A stretch of 64,000 nucleotides of DNA, from contig CAWJTV010000033.1 in NCBI GenBank assembly GCA_963845755.1, positions 320,001 to 384,000 of the forward strand. The letters run 5' to 3'. The position numbers and the translations under genes are program-made. Source of the DNA: an uncultured Planctomycetota bacterium. Lineage in GTDB: Bacteria > Planctomycetota > Planctomycetia > Isosphaerales > Isosphaeraceae. Within the stretch, counting starts at the first letter, position 1. Every line of letters begins with the position of its first letter. The notes under the pieces are model-generated. The model was not told where the DNA came from. It worked only from the letters and a program-made list of their open reading frames with translations, and did not search any database. Shown piece after piece: positions 12,382-23,813 of this stretch.

Positions 12382-12758
12382 GGACTCGCGAGGTTCGAAG
12401 GGGCTCCAGGTCCGCCCTTCGTGCTGCGGCTGCAGCGTCTGATAATACGCACCTATGTTCGGTTAAGTTGAGTTGTGCGGTCTGTACCGGTCACCGCACG
12501 GAGCACAGTAATGATTGCATGCGTCTGCCAACCGGCTGTGCCGACCGTCTGGACGGCCCACCTGAACACCGGTTGGGTCTGCCGATCCGCTGCGCGGCGG
12601 TCCAGAACCTCATCCAGCCGATAAACCGTCCGATCGACGGGGTCGACCCGTCCGGGAAGGAGGGGGATCGGCGGCCCTATTGCTGGTGCGAGCGGCGTCC
12701 ATGAGAGAGACGGTCGCGCGGAGCCGGACTGGTTCTTGGACGCGGCCACAGTCACGCG
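12382..12758 (+). repeat. 377-bp direct repeat, copy 2
   Basis: Near-identical to 3356-3732. Confidence 0.95.
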
Positions 12759-12917
12759 CCGATCGGACGGGTCGCCTTGGCCCTTGATCTGCACCGACAA
12801 GAACCCGATTGCACGCTTCGCGAGAGTTCAGGACGGATCTCCGAGCATCTCCACCAATCGAACTGCCGTGCTGTGTTCATCCCCGATGATTGAACCTGGG
12901 TTGGTTGCGACATCTCC

Positions 12918-15012
12918 TCAATCCGATCCAGTCCGCAGCCTCCGCACCTCGACCAGGTTATCAAAAAACGTCGCGCCGCCGCCCATATCGGCCAGGGCGG
13001 ATGAGGAGGTGTTATTGACGTTGGCGCCGCCCGCAACAAGCTTGTTCCAGTAGATGCCGGTGGCGACGGCCACGCCGGGGCGGACGCTGCCCGTCAGGGC
13101 GACCCGCGCCAGGAATTGGCCGCGGTCGTTGAACACTTCGACCCGATCGCCGTCGCTCAAATCGCGGCTCCGCGCATCATCCTCGGCCAGCTCGATCGTG
13201 GGCTCGCCGGCCGCGGCGCGGTGATGTGGCGAGTTGGCGAAGGTCGAATTGAGGAACTGCGGGCGCGGCGGGCTGAGCAACTGGAGCGGATACCGCGCGG
13301 CCAGTTCCGGACGGGTCAGCGGGTCCTCCAGCGGCGGCGTGTAGGCCGGCAACGGGTCGAAGCCGTCGGCCTTCATCCGCTCGGAATAGAGCTCGCATTT
13401 GCCGGAGGGCGTGGGGAATACGCCTTCGGCAAACGGGGTGAATGTCTCGGGGAGATTGAGCCGGATCGGTCCCTCGGCCTTCAGGCGGTCGATGGTGATC
13501 CCGTGGAGCGTCGGGCCGCCGTCGAGGACCTCGCGGATTAACGCCTCGTCGTCGGGGAAGAGCTCCGATTCGAAGCCGAGCCGGCTCGCCAGGCCGCGGA
13601 ATACCTCGTTGTTCGACCGGCACTCGCCGCGCGGCGCGATCGCCGGCGCGTTGTACAGCACGTCGAAATGGCCGTAGGAGCCGTGAACGTCTTCGTGTTC
13701 GAGCTGCGACGTGGCCGGCAGGACGATGTCGGCGTAATCGACCGTATCCGTGGCGAACAACTCGTGGACGACGACGAATAAATCCTCGCGGCGCAGGCCC
13801 TCCAGGACCCGGGACTGGTCGGGGACTACGGCGGCCGGGTTGGCGTTGTAGACGTAAAGCGCGCGAACCGGGGGGCCGGGCAATTCTCCGGCTAATGCCT
13901 CGGCGAGCTGGTTCATGTTGACGATCCGGGAATTCGGCGAGAGCAGGGGGCGGGTGAGCTTGTCCATGGCGAAGTCATACGTGCCGCTGGTCGAGAGCAT
14001 CGCCCCGCCGCCGTGATGGCGCCACGAGCCGACGATCGCCGGCAGGCAGGCGATCGTCCGCACCGCCATTCCGCCGCCGTGATGGCGCTGCATCCCGTAG
14101 TTGACCCGGATTAACGAAGGCTGCTCGCGCGCCAGCCGATGCGCGAATCGGGTGATCGTATCGACGTCCACACTCGTGATCGCCGCTACGGTCTCCGGAG
14201 AATACTCGGTCAGGACCCGCTGACGGAGCTGATCGGCGCCGATGGTGGCGCGGTCGAGGTAATCGTCGTCCTGGAGGCCGTCGCGCCAGAGGACGTGCAT
14301 GACGCCGAGTGCCAGGGCTCCGTCGGTGCCGGGGCGGGGCTGGATGTGCCAGTCGGACCGACGGGCCGTCGGGCTCCGGTAGGGGTCGACCGTGACGATC
14401 GTCGCACCGGCCTTGGCGCCTCGATCATCAGGCTCCAGAGGTGGCTGTTGGTGTTCGCCGTGTTCGAGCCCCAGTTGACGATGAACTTGCAGCGCGGCAC
14501 GGCCATCGGGTCGGCGCCAAGGCGGCCTCGGCCCATCGTGTATTCATAACCGAGCGCACGGCCGTGGCGCAGATCGTCCGGTCGAGTCGCGAGGCGCCCA
14601 GACGGTGGAAGAACCGGCGATCGAGGCTGCTCGACTGGAGCTTGCCCATCGTCCCGCAATAGCTATAGGGAAGGATCGCCTCGGGGCCTTCGGCCGATCC
14701 GGCGACGGTCGCGAACCGCTGCGCGATGGTGTCGAGGGCCAGTTCCCAGGTGATGCGTTCGAATTGTCCCTCACCTTTCCTGCCCACTCGCCTCATCGGG
14801 TAAAGCAGGCGATCGGGGCTGTAAATCCGCTCGAGGTATCGGGCCATCTTCTGGCAGAGGAACCCGCGGGTGAAGGGATGATCGGGGTCTCCGCGCAATT
14901 CAACCGCCACGCCGTCCTTGACCGTGACCAGCATGCTGCACGTATCGGGGCAGTCGAGGTGGCAAACGTTCTTGACCACGGTCGATGCGGAGTCGTGTTC
15001 GATGGTCAACAC
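12918..15012 (-). CDS. Molybdopterin-dependent oxidoreductase (YyaE-like), frameshifted
   Basis: CHLDCPDTC..LCQK Fe-S motif, RITWELALD, DYADIVLPAT, FLNSTF and VEVFNDRG molybdopterin-dinucleotide domain. Confidence 0.92.
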
Positions 15013-15403
15013 GGTATTCGAAATCCTTCGCTTGGTCGATGCGGGCAGGAATGAGCTAGCCCGAACCCGAATTGTTGGACCGATGAGCTTCGATTATAAT
15101 CCTTGATGGAATTCAACGCGCCACGGTTCGCTCCAAAACCAACAGGGTCTCCACGGATTCAACGAGATCCTTGTCATGGTTTCTTCGATCGCAGCCCTTT
15201 CCGTGATGGTTGCCTGTTTGGTGTGGGCGCGGAGCGGATTCATCGTCTCGCCCAAGACGGAGGACAGTCCCGCGGCGGAAGTCGCTCGCGAGGAAGAGGT
15301 GATCCACCAGATCCACCCGGTTCGCCGTCTCAGGTGATGAGGGACTCCGACGTGGTGGGGCACTTCCCTAGTTAAGAACCGGTCCGAGAACGGGATCCGG
15401 CCT

Positions 15404-15467
15404 TTGTAGGGTGGGTGAAACCCACCAGGATCAGGCCATTTCCTGGTGGGTTTCACCCACCCTACAA
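15404..15467. repeat. GTAG-family REP-like inverted doublet
   Basis: Perfect 27-bp arms TTGTAGGGTGGGTGAAACCCACCAGGA / TCCTGGTGGGTTTCACCCACCCTACAA with 10-nt loop; degenerate single copy at 44345-44368. Confidence 0.85.
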
Positions 15468-15645
15468 GATTCTCGGATCGTCACTTTGCCTGACCTTGCC
15501 CGCTTGACAAACCGCAACACTCTGACGACGCTAAACAGATGTTGAATCCTCCCGGACGCATCGAGAAGAGCCCGCCGACTGGAACTCGCCTGCCTTCGTT
15601 CGGCCCCTGTCGCGCCGGCCCGCAATCGGATCGCAGGAGATCCCC

Positions 15646-17994
15646 ATGAGACGTGACATCATCGGATTGGCCCTGCTGTCGGCTCTCTGCATGGGATCGG
15701 CGGCCCTGGCCGCACGTCCGCAGATCAAGGACATCGCTCCATCCGGCGTCCAGCGGGGCGTGGCCATGGAGATCTCGATCACCGGCGCCAATCTCGCGGG
15801 GAATCCGCGATTGATCGCCCCGTTCGGGTTTCAGCTCAAGGAGCCCGGTCCGAAGAGCGATGCGGCGACCTGGAAGTTGAACCTCGTCGTCAAATCCGAC
15901 GTTGCGGTGGGTGCCTACCCGATCCGCGTCCAGACCGATGACGGAGTGTCCAACCCGTTCCTCCTGACGGTTGGCCAGCTCCCTCAGGTGGCGGAGAAGG
16001 AAGAGAACAGCACGTTCGAGTCGGCCCAACGGATCCCCGAGCCGCCGCTGGTCGTCGAAGGGGGCGTTTCGGGCAACGACGTCGATTATTTCCGGTTCCA
16101 GGGGCGGAAGGGACAGCACATCCTCGTGGACGCCCAGTGCGCGCGGATCGGCTCGGGCCTGGATCCGACAATCCGCCTGACGTCGGGGGGGCCGAGGCGA
16201 AGTTACGTCGCGTCGGCGGACGACACGCCCGGGCTCCTCACCGATGCCCGGCTCACGGCCGTGCTCCCCGAGGACGGCGACTATGTCGTCGAGATCTCCG
16301 ACTCGCGCTATCAAGGGGCGAGCCGGCCGGTGTATCGCCTGGTGATCGGTGACATCCCCGTGGCCGATGAGGTCTACCCGCTCGGTGGCCGGGCGGGGGA
16401 GACGATCGGCCTGGAGCTGCGCGGAGGGACGCTCGCCGGAGTCAAGGTCGCCGCGGCCATGGTGAATGCGCCGGTGGGGATGGATCTCTTCCAGCCGCGG
16501 GTCAGCGAGTGCACGATCGGCTTGCCCACGACCGGCGGGAGGAACCTCGACCTGGAATCGATCTCGCCGCGGGTCGTCTCCTCTTATCTTGAGCTGCGCG
16601 AGCCGGTCGAGCCGGCCGGTTCCCCGGTCCGGGCCGTCGCGCCGGTCGTGTTCAACGGACGGATCGATCCGCCCGGTGATGAGGATCGGTTTTCCCTGGT
16701 CGTGACGCCCGGCACCCGGGTGCGGATCGCGGTCCACGCTTACGACCTCGGCTCGGCGCTCGACGCCGTCCTGCGCGTCGAAGGCAAGGGTGGCGCGTCG
16801 ATCGCAAACGCCGACGACACCACAGTCCGGCTGCCGCCGAAGAACAACGTGCCCCAGTCGCTGATCCTCCCCGACCCCACGGTCAACATGACCGTGCCTG
16901 GCGGGACGAACGAGATCACGGTGGTGATCCGCGACCTCGAGCGGCGCGGCGGCGTGGGCTTCCCCTACCGGATCGTGGCCGAGCCCCTCGTGCCCGAATT
17001 CGAGCTCCAGGCGAATGAGCCGCAAGTGAGCATCCCTCGGGGTGGGACTGCCGCGGTCGGCGTGACCGTCAAGCGGAAGGGGTACAGCGGTGCGATCGGC
17101 ATCACCGTAATCGACCCGCCGGCCGGCCTGACCGTGCGCCCGGGCGTGATCGCCGACGGCCAGACCACGGGCGTCCTGTCCTTCACCGCGTCCGCCGAGG
17201 CCCGATTCCCGGCCGCAGCGATCAAGCTGGCCGGTCGTGGCGAGGGAACGAGCCCGCCCCTGGAACGGCAGGCGGTCGAGCCGATCGTCTTCGCCCTGCA
17301 GACGAATTTGCCCACCAGCGCGATGAACCAGTATGGGCTCGTCGTGGCGCCCGCCCTGCCGACGCCCGTCACGCTGGAGACGCCCCCCACGACCATCGAG
17401 GTCGCGCATGGGTTCGGCGCGACGATTCCCCTCAAGGTGGTCCGCGCCCAGGGTGCCGACGGAGAATTGGCCATCACGGCCCTTCCGCTCCCACCGGGCC
17501 TGACCGTTCCGGGAGACAAGATCGCCGCCAAGGCGACCGACGGGACCATACGGGTCCAGGCCGCACTGGCCTCGGCGCTCGGGACGATGACCATCGCGCT
17601 GCAAGGCAAGGGGAAGATCGCCAACGGCGATCGGGTGATCGATGCCCCGGCCGTGACCCTCGCCGTGGTCCGGCCCGCCGCCATCGAGCTCGCCAAGGCC
17701 ATCGACGTGAAGGCCGGCACCACGGCCGAGCTGAAGGGAAACCTCGTCCGGAAGGGAAGCTTCAACGGACCGGTGACCCTCAAGATCAACGGCCTGCCCG
17801 CCGGCCTGAAGGCCGATCCCGTCACGGTCGCCCCGGGTGCCCACGACTTCGTCCTGAAACTGGTCGCCGAGCCCAAGGCCGCCGCAGCCTCGGCGGGCGC
17901 CCAGGTCGCCGTGACCTTCCAGGTCGAGAAGAAGGACTATTCGTTTCCGCCGGTGCCCCTGGCCGTCAAGGTCCTTCCGGCCAAGCCGAATTGA
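15646..17994 (+). CDS. Secreted PPC-domain (pre-peptidase C-terminal) protein, planctomycete type
   Basis: Signal peptide, P.GVQRG..EI.ITG.NL, DVDYFRF, RIGSGLDP and GRIDPPGDEDRF motifs; 782-aa intact ORF. Confidence 0.85.
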   Translation: MRRDIIGLALLSALCMGSAALAARPQIKDIAPSGVQRGVAMEISITGANLAGNPRLIAPFGFQLKEPGPKSDAATWKLNLVVKSDVAVGAYPIRVQTDDGVSNPFLLTVGQLPQVAEKEENSTFESAQRIPEPPLVVEGGVSGNDVDYFRFQGRKGQHILVDAQCARIGSGLDPTIRLTSGGPRRSYVASADDTPGLLTDARLTAVLPEDGDYVVEISDSRYQGASRPVYRLVIGDIPVADEVYPLGGRAGETIGLELRGGTLAGVKVAAAMVNAPVGMDLFQPRVSECTIGLPTTGGRNLDLESISPRVVSSYLELREPVEPAGSPVRAVAPVVFNGRIDPPGDEDRFSLVVTPGTRVRIAVHAYDLGSALDAVLRVEGKGGASIANADDTTVRLPPKNNVPQSLILPDPTVNMTVPGGTNEITVVIRDLERRGGVGFPYRIVAEPLVPEFELQANEPQVSIPRGGTAAVGVTVKRKGYSGAIGITVIDPPAGLTVRPGVIADGQTTGVLSFTASAEARFPAAAIKLAGRGEGTSPPLERQAVEPIVFALQTNLPTSAMNQYGLVVAPALPTPVTLETPPTTIEVAHGFGATIPLKVVRAQGADGELAITALPLPPGLTVPGDKIAAKATDGTIRVQAALASALGTMTIALQGKGKIANGDRVIDAPAVTLAVVRPAAIELAKAIDVKAGTTAELKGNLVRKGSFNGPVTLKINGLPAGLKADPVTVAPGAHDFVLKLVAEPKAAAASAGAQVAVTFQVEKKDYSFPPVPLAVKVLPAKPN

Positions 17995-18139
17995 GAAAAC
18001 GATTGGAACACGAAGTCAACGAAAAAAACCTCGGAGATCCCGAGAACGCGCCCAAACTTCACCGGGTACTTCAGTTTCTGGTAGACCGTCATCTCGGACC
18101 AGGTGGACCAGACAGTCCGGACCAGGGAGAAACCTCACG

Positions 18140-19699
18140 ATGTCCCGACTCCTCGATCGTTTCGCTTCGACGCCCATTCTGTCCCTCGCCCTGACCCTGT
18201 CGATCCTCGCGCCGACCCGCGGTGCCCAAGGTCAAGAGCCGGCCAAGAAGAAGGCAACGGCAACAACGGCCCCGATCGCGACCAAGAGCGAGCCGCAGAA
18301 GACCCCGGCAGAGACGGCCAAGCCCAAGGCTCCCGCGCCGCGCAGGAGCCCAAGCCCAGCGCCTCCTGCTCCCGCGCCCGGCGTGAAACCGCTCAGCTTC
18401 ATCCGCGACGTTGCGCCGATCCTGGTCGAGAACTGCATTGCTTGCCACAACCCCCGGAAGTCGGAGAGCAAGTACGTGATGACGACGTTCGCCCAGCTCG
18501 CCAAGGGCGGCCAGCAGGGGGAAGGGATCACGCTGGAGCCCGGTAAGCCCGACGAGAGTCGCTTCATCGAACTGGTTCGCCACGACGGCCAGCCACGGAT
18601 GCCCTACAAGCAAGACCCGCTCCCCCCGGAGAAGATCGCGACCCTCGAGCACTGGGTGACCCAGGGAGCCAAGTACGACGGAGGCGCGCCCACCGAGGAC
18701 TGGACCATCGTCCTCCGCAAGACGCAGCACGCCACGGTCCCGACGGCTTACCCGATGACCGTCCCGATCACTGCCCTGGCCTTCACCCAGGATGGCTCAG
18801 CAATCGCCACATCAGGTTATCACGAAATCACATTCTGGAAGATGAAGGATTCTTCGCTGGACCACCGGCTCGGGGGCCTGGCCGAGCGGGTCTACGACAT
18901 CGCCTACAGCCCGGACGGCAAGTGGATGGCGACCGCCAGCGGCGACCCGGGTATCTACGGGGTGGCCAAACTGTGGTCCGTCGAGTCGAACGGGGCGGTC
19001 AAGCCGGTTCGCGAGCTCGTCGAGACGCAGGATGTGGTCTTCTCGGTGGCCTTCAGCGCCGATGGCAAGAAAGTGGCCGCGGCCGGCGCCGATCGCACGA
19101 TCCGGGTCTTCGAGGTCGAGACCGGCAAGACACTGGTCCAGATCGAGGACCATGCCGACTGGATCTTCGCGATCGCCTTCAGCCCCGACGGCAAGCGACT
19201 GGCCAGCGCCAGCCGGGATAAGACGAGCAAGGTCTTCGACATCGAGAAGAAAGAGTCCCTGGTGACGTTCCCCGGACACGCCCAGCCGGTCTACACGGTT
19301 TCGTTCACGCCCGATGGCAAGCAAGTCGCGACCGGCGGCGAGGACAATCAGATCCGGGTCTGGGACCCCGACAAGGACGGCCGGCAGGTCCGCAACATCG
19401 GCGGGTTCGGCGGCATCGTGTTCCGCCTCCGATACACGCCCGACGGCCAGGCCCTCGTCGCGTGCAGCGCCGATAAGGTCGTCCACGTCTTCAAGCCTTC
19501 GGGGACGTCCATCCGCAAACTGACCGGCCACCAGGACTGGGTGTACTCGCTGGCGATTTCGCGCGACGGCAAGACGATCGCCTCGGGGAGCTGGGACGGC
19601 GACGTCCGCCTCTGGAACCTCGCCGATGGCAAGCCCCTCCGGAACTTCTTCGCCGCGCCGGGCTACAAACCGGGCACGACCACGGCCGCGGCGCATTGA
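18140..19699 (+). CDS. Planctomycete cytochrome c domain + WD40 repeat protein
   Basis: SFIRDVAPILVENCIACH...RMP...WVTQGA followed by diverged WD40 repeats. Confidence 0.9.
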   Translation: MSRLLDRFASTPILSLALTLSILAPTRGAQGQEPAKKKATATTAPIATKSEPQKTPAETAKPKAPAPRRSPSPAPPAPAPGVKPLSFIRDVAPILVENCIACHNPRKSESKYVMTTFAQLAKGGQQGEGITLEPGKPDESRFIELVRHDGQPRMPYKQDPLPPEKIATLEHWVTQGAKYDGGAPTEDWTIVLRKTQHATVPTAYPMTVPITALAFTQDGSAIATSGYHEITFWKMKDSSLDHRLGGLAERVYDIAYSPDGKWMATASGDPGIYGVAKLWSVESNGAVKPVRELVETQDVVFSVAFSADGKKVAAAGADRTIRVFEVETGKTLVQIEDHADWIFAIAFSPDGKRLASASRDKTSKVFDIEKKESLVTFPGHAQPVYTVSFTPDGKQVATGGEDNQIRVWDPDKDGRQVRNIGGFGGIVFRLRYTPDGQALVACSADKVVHVFKPSGTSIRKLTGHQDWVYSLAISRDGKTIASGSWDGDVRLWNLADGKPLRNFFAAPGYKPGTTTAAAH

Positions 19700-19745
19700 T
19701 GGGAATTCCAGGTCCGATCCTAATTCTCGCTCCACCGCCGATTGC

Positions 19746-20912
19746 TCATCCGAAGAGTTCACGGATCGGCCTGGCGTTTTCGAGGATCGGGCGGGATTCG
19801 CCATCGGATCCCGTGAGGTATCGTGACGCGTCGATCCCCAGGCTGTGGTAGATCGTGGCCAGGATTTCGGGAAGAGTGACGGGTCGCTCGGCCGGAGCGG
19901 CGGCGTGGGCATCGCTGGCGCCGATGACCTGTCCGCCGCGGACGCCGCCGCCGGCCAGGGCCACGCTCCAGACGTCCGGCCAGTGATCGCGGCCGCCGTT
20001 GGCATTGATGCGAGGTGTTCGGCCGAACTCGCCCGCGGCGACAACCAGCGTCGAATCCAGCCGGCCGGAATGTTCCAGGTCGTCGAGCAGGGCGGCGAAC
20101 GCGCGGTCGAAGGTCGGCAGCAGGTCGCTGGCGTAATCGCCGAGCGTGCTGAACGGCGCCGAGCCGTGGCAGTCCCAGGTGACGCGGTTGAACACGGTCT
20201 CGAACATGTTGACGGTCACGACCCGCACCCCGGACTCGACCAGTCGGCGGGCGAGCAGGCAATTCTGGCCGAAGGTCGTCCGCCCATAAGCATCGCGGTC
20301 CGAATCAGACTCACTCGCGACGGCCCGATCGGCGTCCATGTGGGACGAGTCGAAGGCCGAACCCAGCCAACCGGCCGATTGGCCATGGGGGATGTCGACC
20401 CCCGTGCTCGCCAGGGGACCCGGCAGGATCATCGATGGTGACATGGATCGTCTCATTGACTCGACTCGGGCCACCACGGAGCCCAGGTGAGGAGCGTCTT
20501 CACCGGCCCGGTAAAGTCGGCCGGTCTGGAGCAACTGGTGGCCGGTCTCGTGGATCGGGGCCGCGTCGTGATAGACGGACCGGATCAGCGCGACTCGGTC
20601 GAATCGCGATGCCAGCCGCGGGAGGTGCTCGGAGAGCCGGACTCCGGGGCACTGAGTGGCGATCGATCCGAACGGGCCGCGGATCTCCGACGGGGCGTCG
20701 GGTTTGGGATCGAACGTCTCGAGCTGGCTGGGACCGCCGACCATCAAGAGCAGGATGACCGACCGCTCGGGTTCGGATCGGGCCGCCTTGAGGGCATTCT
20801 GACCCCCGAGCGCCAGGGACCAGGCGCCGAACCCGGCCCCTCCTACGCGCAGGAAATCCCGACGCGTCATCCCCGTGCAGGTTTGCGAGAGGCCCCGGCC
20901 GATTGTAAGCAT
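19746..20912 (-). CDS. DUF1501 domain protein (Tat-like RRDFL)
   Basis: GGPSQLETFDPKP, CLLARRLVESGVR, WDCH, GEFGRTP and GRDHWP motifs. Confidence 0.93.
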   Translation of the reverse strand: MLTIGRGLSQTCTGMTRRDFLRVGGAGFGAWSLALGGQNALKAARSEPERSVILLLMVGGPSQLETFDPKPDAPSEIRGPFGSIATQCPGVRLSEHLPRLASRFDRVALIRSVYHDAAPIHETGHQLLQTGRLYRAGEDAPHLGSVVARVESMRRSMSPSMILPGPLASTGVDIPHGQSAGWLGSAFDSSHMDADRAVASESDSDRDAYGRTTFGQNCLLARRLVESGVRVVTVNMFETVFNRVTWDCHGSAPFSTLGDYASDLLPTFDRAFAALLDDLEHSGRLDSTLVVAAGEFGRTPRINANGGRDHWPDVWSVALAGGGVRGGQVIGASDAHAAAPAERPVTLPEILATIYHSLGIDASRYLTGSDGESRPILENARPIRELFG

Positions 20913-21199
20913 GGCATCACTCCTTGCAGTTTGCGACGACGGCCATCGTAACACCCGGAATCCTTGCACAAAAGAGCCGTCAGGGCCCCGCGGCCCCGCT
21001 GAAGTCCGCGGGTCGGCCGGCAAGGCTCGAAAGTGCCTCCGGACCTCGGCACGATTGCTCCGATTCTGACGATTGCAGGGATAAACGGGGATATAGTGGA
21101 TCTGGGCGAAATCGGGGGAATCGATTTGACCTGATTGATCCATTGAGCCGATAGAATCGACAAGTTGAGATCGATCTGCTTAAGGAGGGTCGGGTCGCC

Positions 21200-22816
21200 A
21201 TGTCGAGAGTCCAGTGGAGCCTGTCCGTCGGCTTGGTCGGACTCGCCATGGCCGTGGCGTCGACCGGGACGGTCCGGGCCCAGGCGCCGACGATCGAACA
21301 GACCGGCCAGATGCAGAGCGGGATCGGCAGCACGACACCCGGTTCGTCTCAGTCGCTCCTTGGGCCCATGCCCGGCGGCGGTGCGACCCTGCCGGGGATT
21401 CAGCCGGGCCGTGACGAGCTGCTGCTGAGCCGGGCGGGGCCGTCGGTCCCCCGGGTGCCGACCTCGATCACGATGCCGGGTGGGACCTACCAGGGCCCGC
21501 CCACCGGCCGGGGCATCACCGCGCCCCTGCCGCTCCCCGCGCCGAGACCGCCCTTCTACGGCCGCCTCGAGTTACCGAGCGGTCCCCAGGACGATGGCCC
21601 AGCCAACGGATTGACCATCGGCCACGCACTGGACCAGTACGTCCATGAGAACCTCGACCTGCGAGCCCAGTACCTGGAGATCCCCCAGGCTCGCGCCGAC
21701 GTCCTGACGGCCAGCCTACGCGCCAATCCGATCTTCTACGCCGACACCCAGTTGATCCCTTATGGAGCCTTCAGCACGGCGCGGCCCGCCGGCCCAACCC
21801 AGTACGACGTGAACATCTCGCACCCGATCGACTTTTCCCACAAGCGACAGGCCCGGACCATCTTCGCCGAGGCGAACCTGCGGGTGACCGAGAACATGTA
21901 TCAGAACGCCGTCCGCCTGGGCCTGGGAAACGTCTATTCCGCCTACGTGGATGTGCTGGCGGCCCGGCAGACGATGCGTTCTTCCCGGGTCGCCCTCAAG
22001 GGACTCGACGAAGTGCTCCGGGCGATGGAGGCCATGTTCGAGAAGGACACCACGACCAGCGCCGAGGTCGATCAGATCCGGGCCGACCGTGAGATCGCGG
22101 CCATCGGGCTCGTCGACGCCCAGGAGAACGTCCGCCGTGCGAATCGGATCCTGGGAGAGTTACTCAACATCCCGGCGGATCTGGCCGAGGCGCTGGAAGT
22201 GCGCGGGACGCTGGAAGACGACGCACCACCACCGCCTTCGGACCAGGAGCTGATCCACCTGGCGTTAGATTCCCGGCCCGATGTCGCGGCTTACCGGCTC
22301 GGTGTCCAGGCGGCGGAAGCCGGCTTCAAACTCCAGCTCGCCAACCGCTTCGCGGACGCATACTTGCTCTATCAGCCATTCACTTATCAGAATAACGTAC
22401 CCTACGGCGGCAGGGGAAGCGTGCCGTCGTGGGCGGTGGGGATCACGGTCCCGTTGCCGCTTTACAATCGAAACCAGGGGAATATCGAACGCGCCCGGAT
22501 CAATATCGATCAGACCCGGGTCCAACTCGCCGCGCTCGAGCGCAGCGTGACAACCCAGGTTCAGCAGGCGGTGAACGAATACCGCGTCAGCCAGCAGATC
22601 GTCCGGCGGATTCGCGGTCAGGTGGATCCGGTCTTGAGACGATTCGTACAGGCCCGGGCGAGCCTCTTCCAGGAGGGGGAGAAGACGGTTTTCGAATTCC
22701 GCGACGCCGAGCGGCGCTATCACGACCATGTCCGTGTCTATCAAGATTGGGCTGCGCGCCATCGCAAGGCGATGCTCCAGCTCAACACGGCGGTTGGCCA
22801 ACGGATCCTGCCGTGA
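21200..22816 (+). CDS. TolC/CzcC-family outer membrane efflux protein
   Basis: Signal peptide, ASLRANP, SRPDVAA and GITVPLPLYNRNQGNIERA motifs. Confidence 0.88.
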   Translation: MSRVQWSLSVGLVGLAMAVASTGTVRAQAPTIEQTGQMQSGIGSTTPGSSQSLLGPMPGGGATLPGIQPGRDELLLSRAGPSVPRVPTSITMPGGTYQGPPTGRGITAPLPLPAPRPPFYGRLELPSGPQDDGPANGLTIGHALDQYVHENLDLRAQYLEIPQARADVLTASLRANPIFYADTQLIPYGAFSTARPAGPTQYDVNISHPIDFSHKRQARTIFAEANLRVTENMYQNAVRLGLGNVYSAYVDVLAARQTMRSSRVALKGLDEVLRAMEAMFEKDTTTSAEVDQIRADREIAAIGLVDAQENVRRANRILGELLNIPADLAEALEVRGTLEDDAPPPPSDQELIHLALDSRPDVAAYRLGVQAAEAGFKLQLANRFADAYLLYQPFTYQNNVPYGGRGSVPSWAVGITVPLPLYNRNQGNIERARINIDQTRVQLAALERSVTTQVQQAVNEYRVSQQIVRRIRGQVDPVLRRFVQARASLFQEGEKTVFEFRDAERRYHDHVRVYQDWAARHRKAMLQLNTAVGQRILP

Positions 22817-22983
22817 AAGGGACCGTAAAAAAAGTTGGCCAGGGCTCGCGCTCGAACCCTGGCCACGGCCGACAGAGACCCCGGGGATTCCCGGGGCTGG
22901 ATGGAAAGACGACCCGCCGCGATGATCATCCGCTCATCAGTGCGTTGGCGGGGCGTCGGTCCACGACGGAATCGAGAAGGTGT

Positions 22984-23346
22984 TCAACCGATCAAGTTCT
23001 TCACGACGCGGGCCAGGTCGGCACCGGTTTCGGTCAGGCTATAGAAGTTATTCTTGCCCTGACGTCGCGGGGCGATGATGCCGCCGTGGCGGAGCAGGGC
23101 GAGGTGATGGCTCACCGCGGGCTGGCTCTGGCTCAACTGGGCGCACAGGGCGCCGACGTGCCGCTCACCCTCGGCGAGGATCAGGATCACCTGGAGGCGC
23201 GTCGGGTCGCTGACATGCTTGAGCAAGATGGATGCGCAGCGCGCCTGTTGATATCTCTGCTCAGCCCCACGGACAGCCTTGGGCTTGGAAGCGACCGTCT
23301 TGGTCATCGTCGCGGTCTTGACGCTGGATTTGGTTGCTGGCGGCAT
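22984..23346 (-). CDS. ArsR/SmtB family transcriptional regulator
   Basis: SDPTRLQVILIL..GERHVG.LC..L.QSQPAVSHHLALLR...RRQGK..FYSL. Confidence 0.93.
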   Translation of the reverse strand: MPPATKSSVKTATMTKTVASKPKAVRGAEQRYQQARCASILLKHVSDPTRLQVILILAEGERHVGALCAQLSQSQPAVSHHLALLRHGGIIAPRRQGKNNFYSLTETGADLARVVKNLIG

Positions 23347-23813
23347 GATAACATCTCCTCTCCATGAATCGGTCTCGATTGGTAGCCCAAATGGGTCCGC
23401 ACCCCGGCCTCTCTACTCTGGCATCATCCGAAATCGCGGGTCTGCGCGGCCGAGCCGATCGACAGGGGACTATCATTCCGCCCCCCGACGACGGTCGTCT
23501 GACGTAAACCGATACCGCCCCGGTAGAAGCGGCCGGATCGCTCGCCCCTGACGCAAACCTTCAGCACACGAAAACGGCTCCATCACCATCTTGCGCGTAC
23601 GTATCTCAACGTGGGTGCTTATCGACATCTTAAAGTTATTCCAACAACTGTCAACGGTAATCTGCAAGTTTTATCCTTCTTTGATTCGGCACATTTGTTC
23701 GACCCAATCCCTTCGGGGCGGTTGCACCCATTCCGGACACACGTGTCCTCATATCACAAGCATGTGCCGAGATGAGTGTTGCAGCGAATCGGCCGGGCGA
23801 GGGACGTCGCCGT

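Noticed and set aside
15176..15337. Possible ~53-aa membrane microprotein (MVSSIAALSVMVACLVWAR...)
   Set aside because: No clear RBS, and competing ORFs on both strands; cannot be supported from sequence alone.
15481..17844. Long antisense ORFs (e.g. 15481..17844 -, 43035..45215 -, 39850..40971 +, 60703..62118 +)
   Set aside because: Shadow frames of GC-rich genes with recognisable products on the opposite strand; no motifs.
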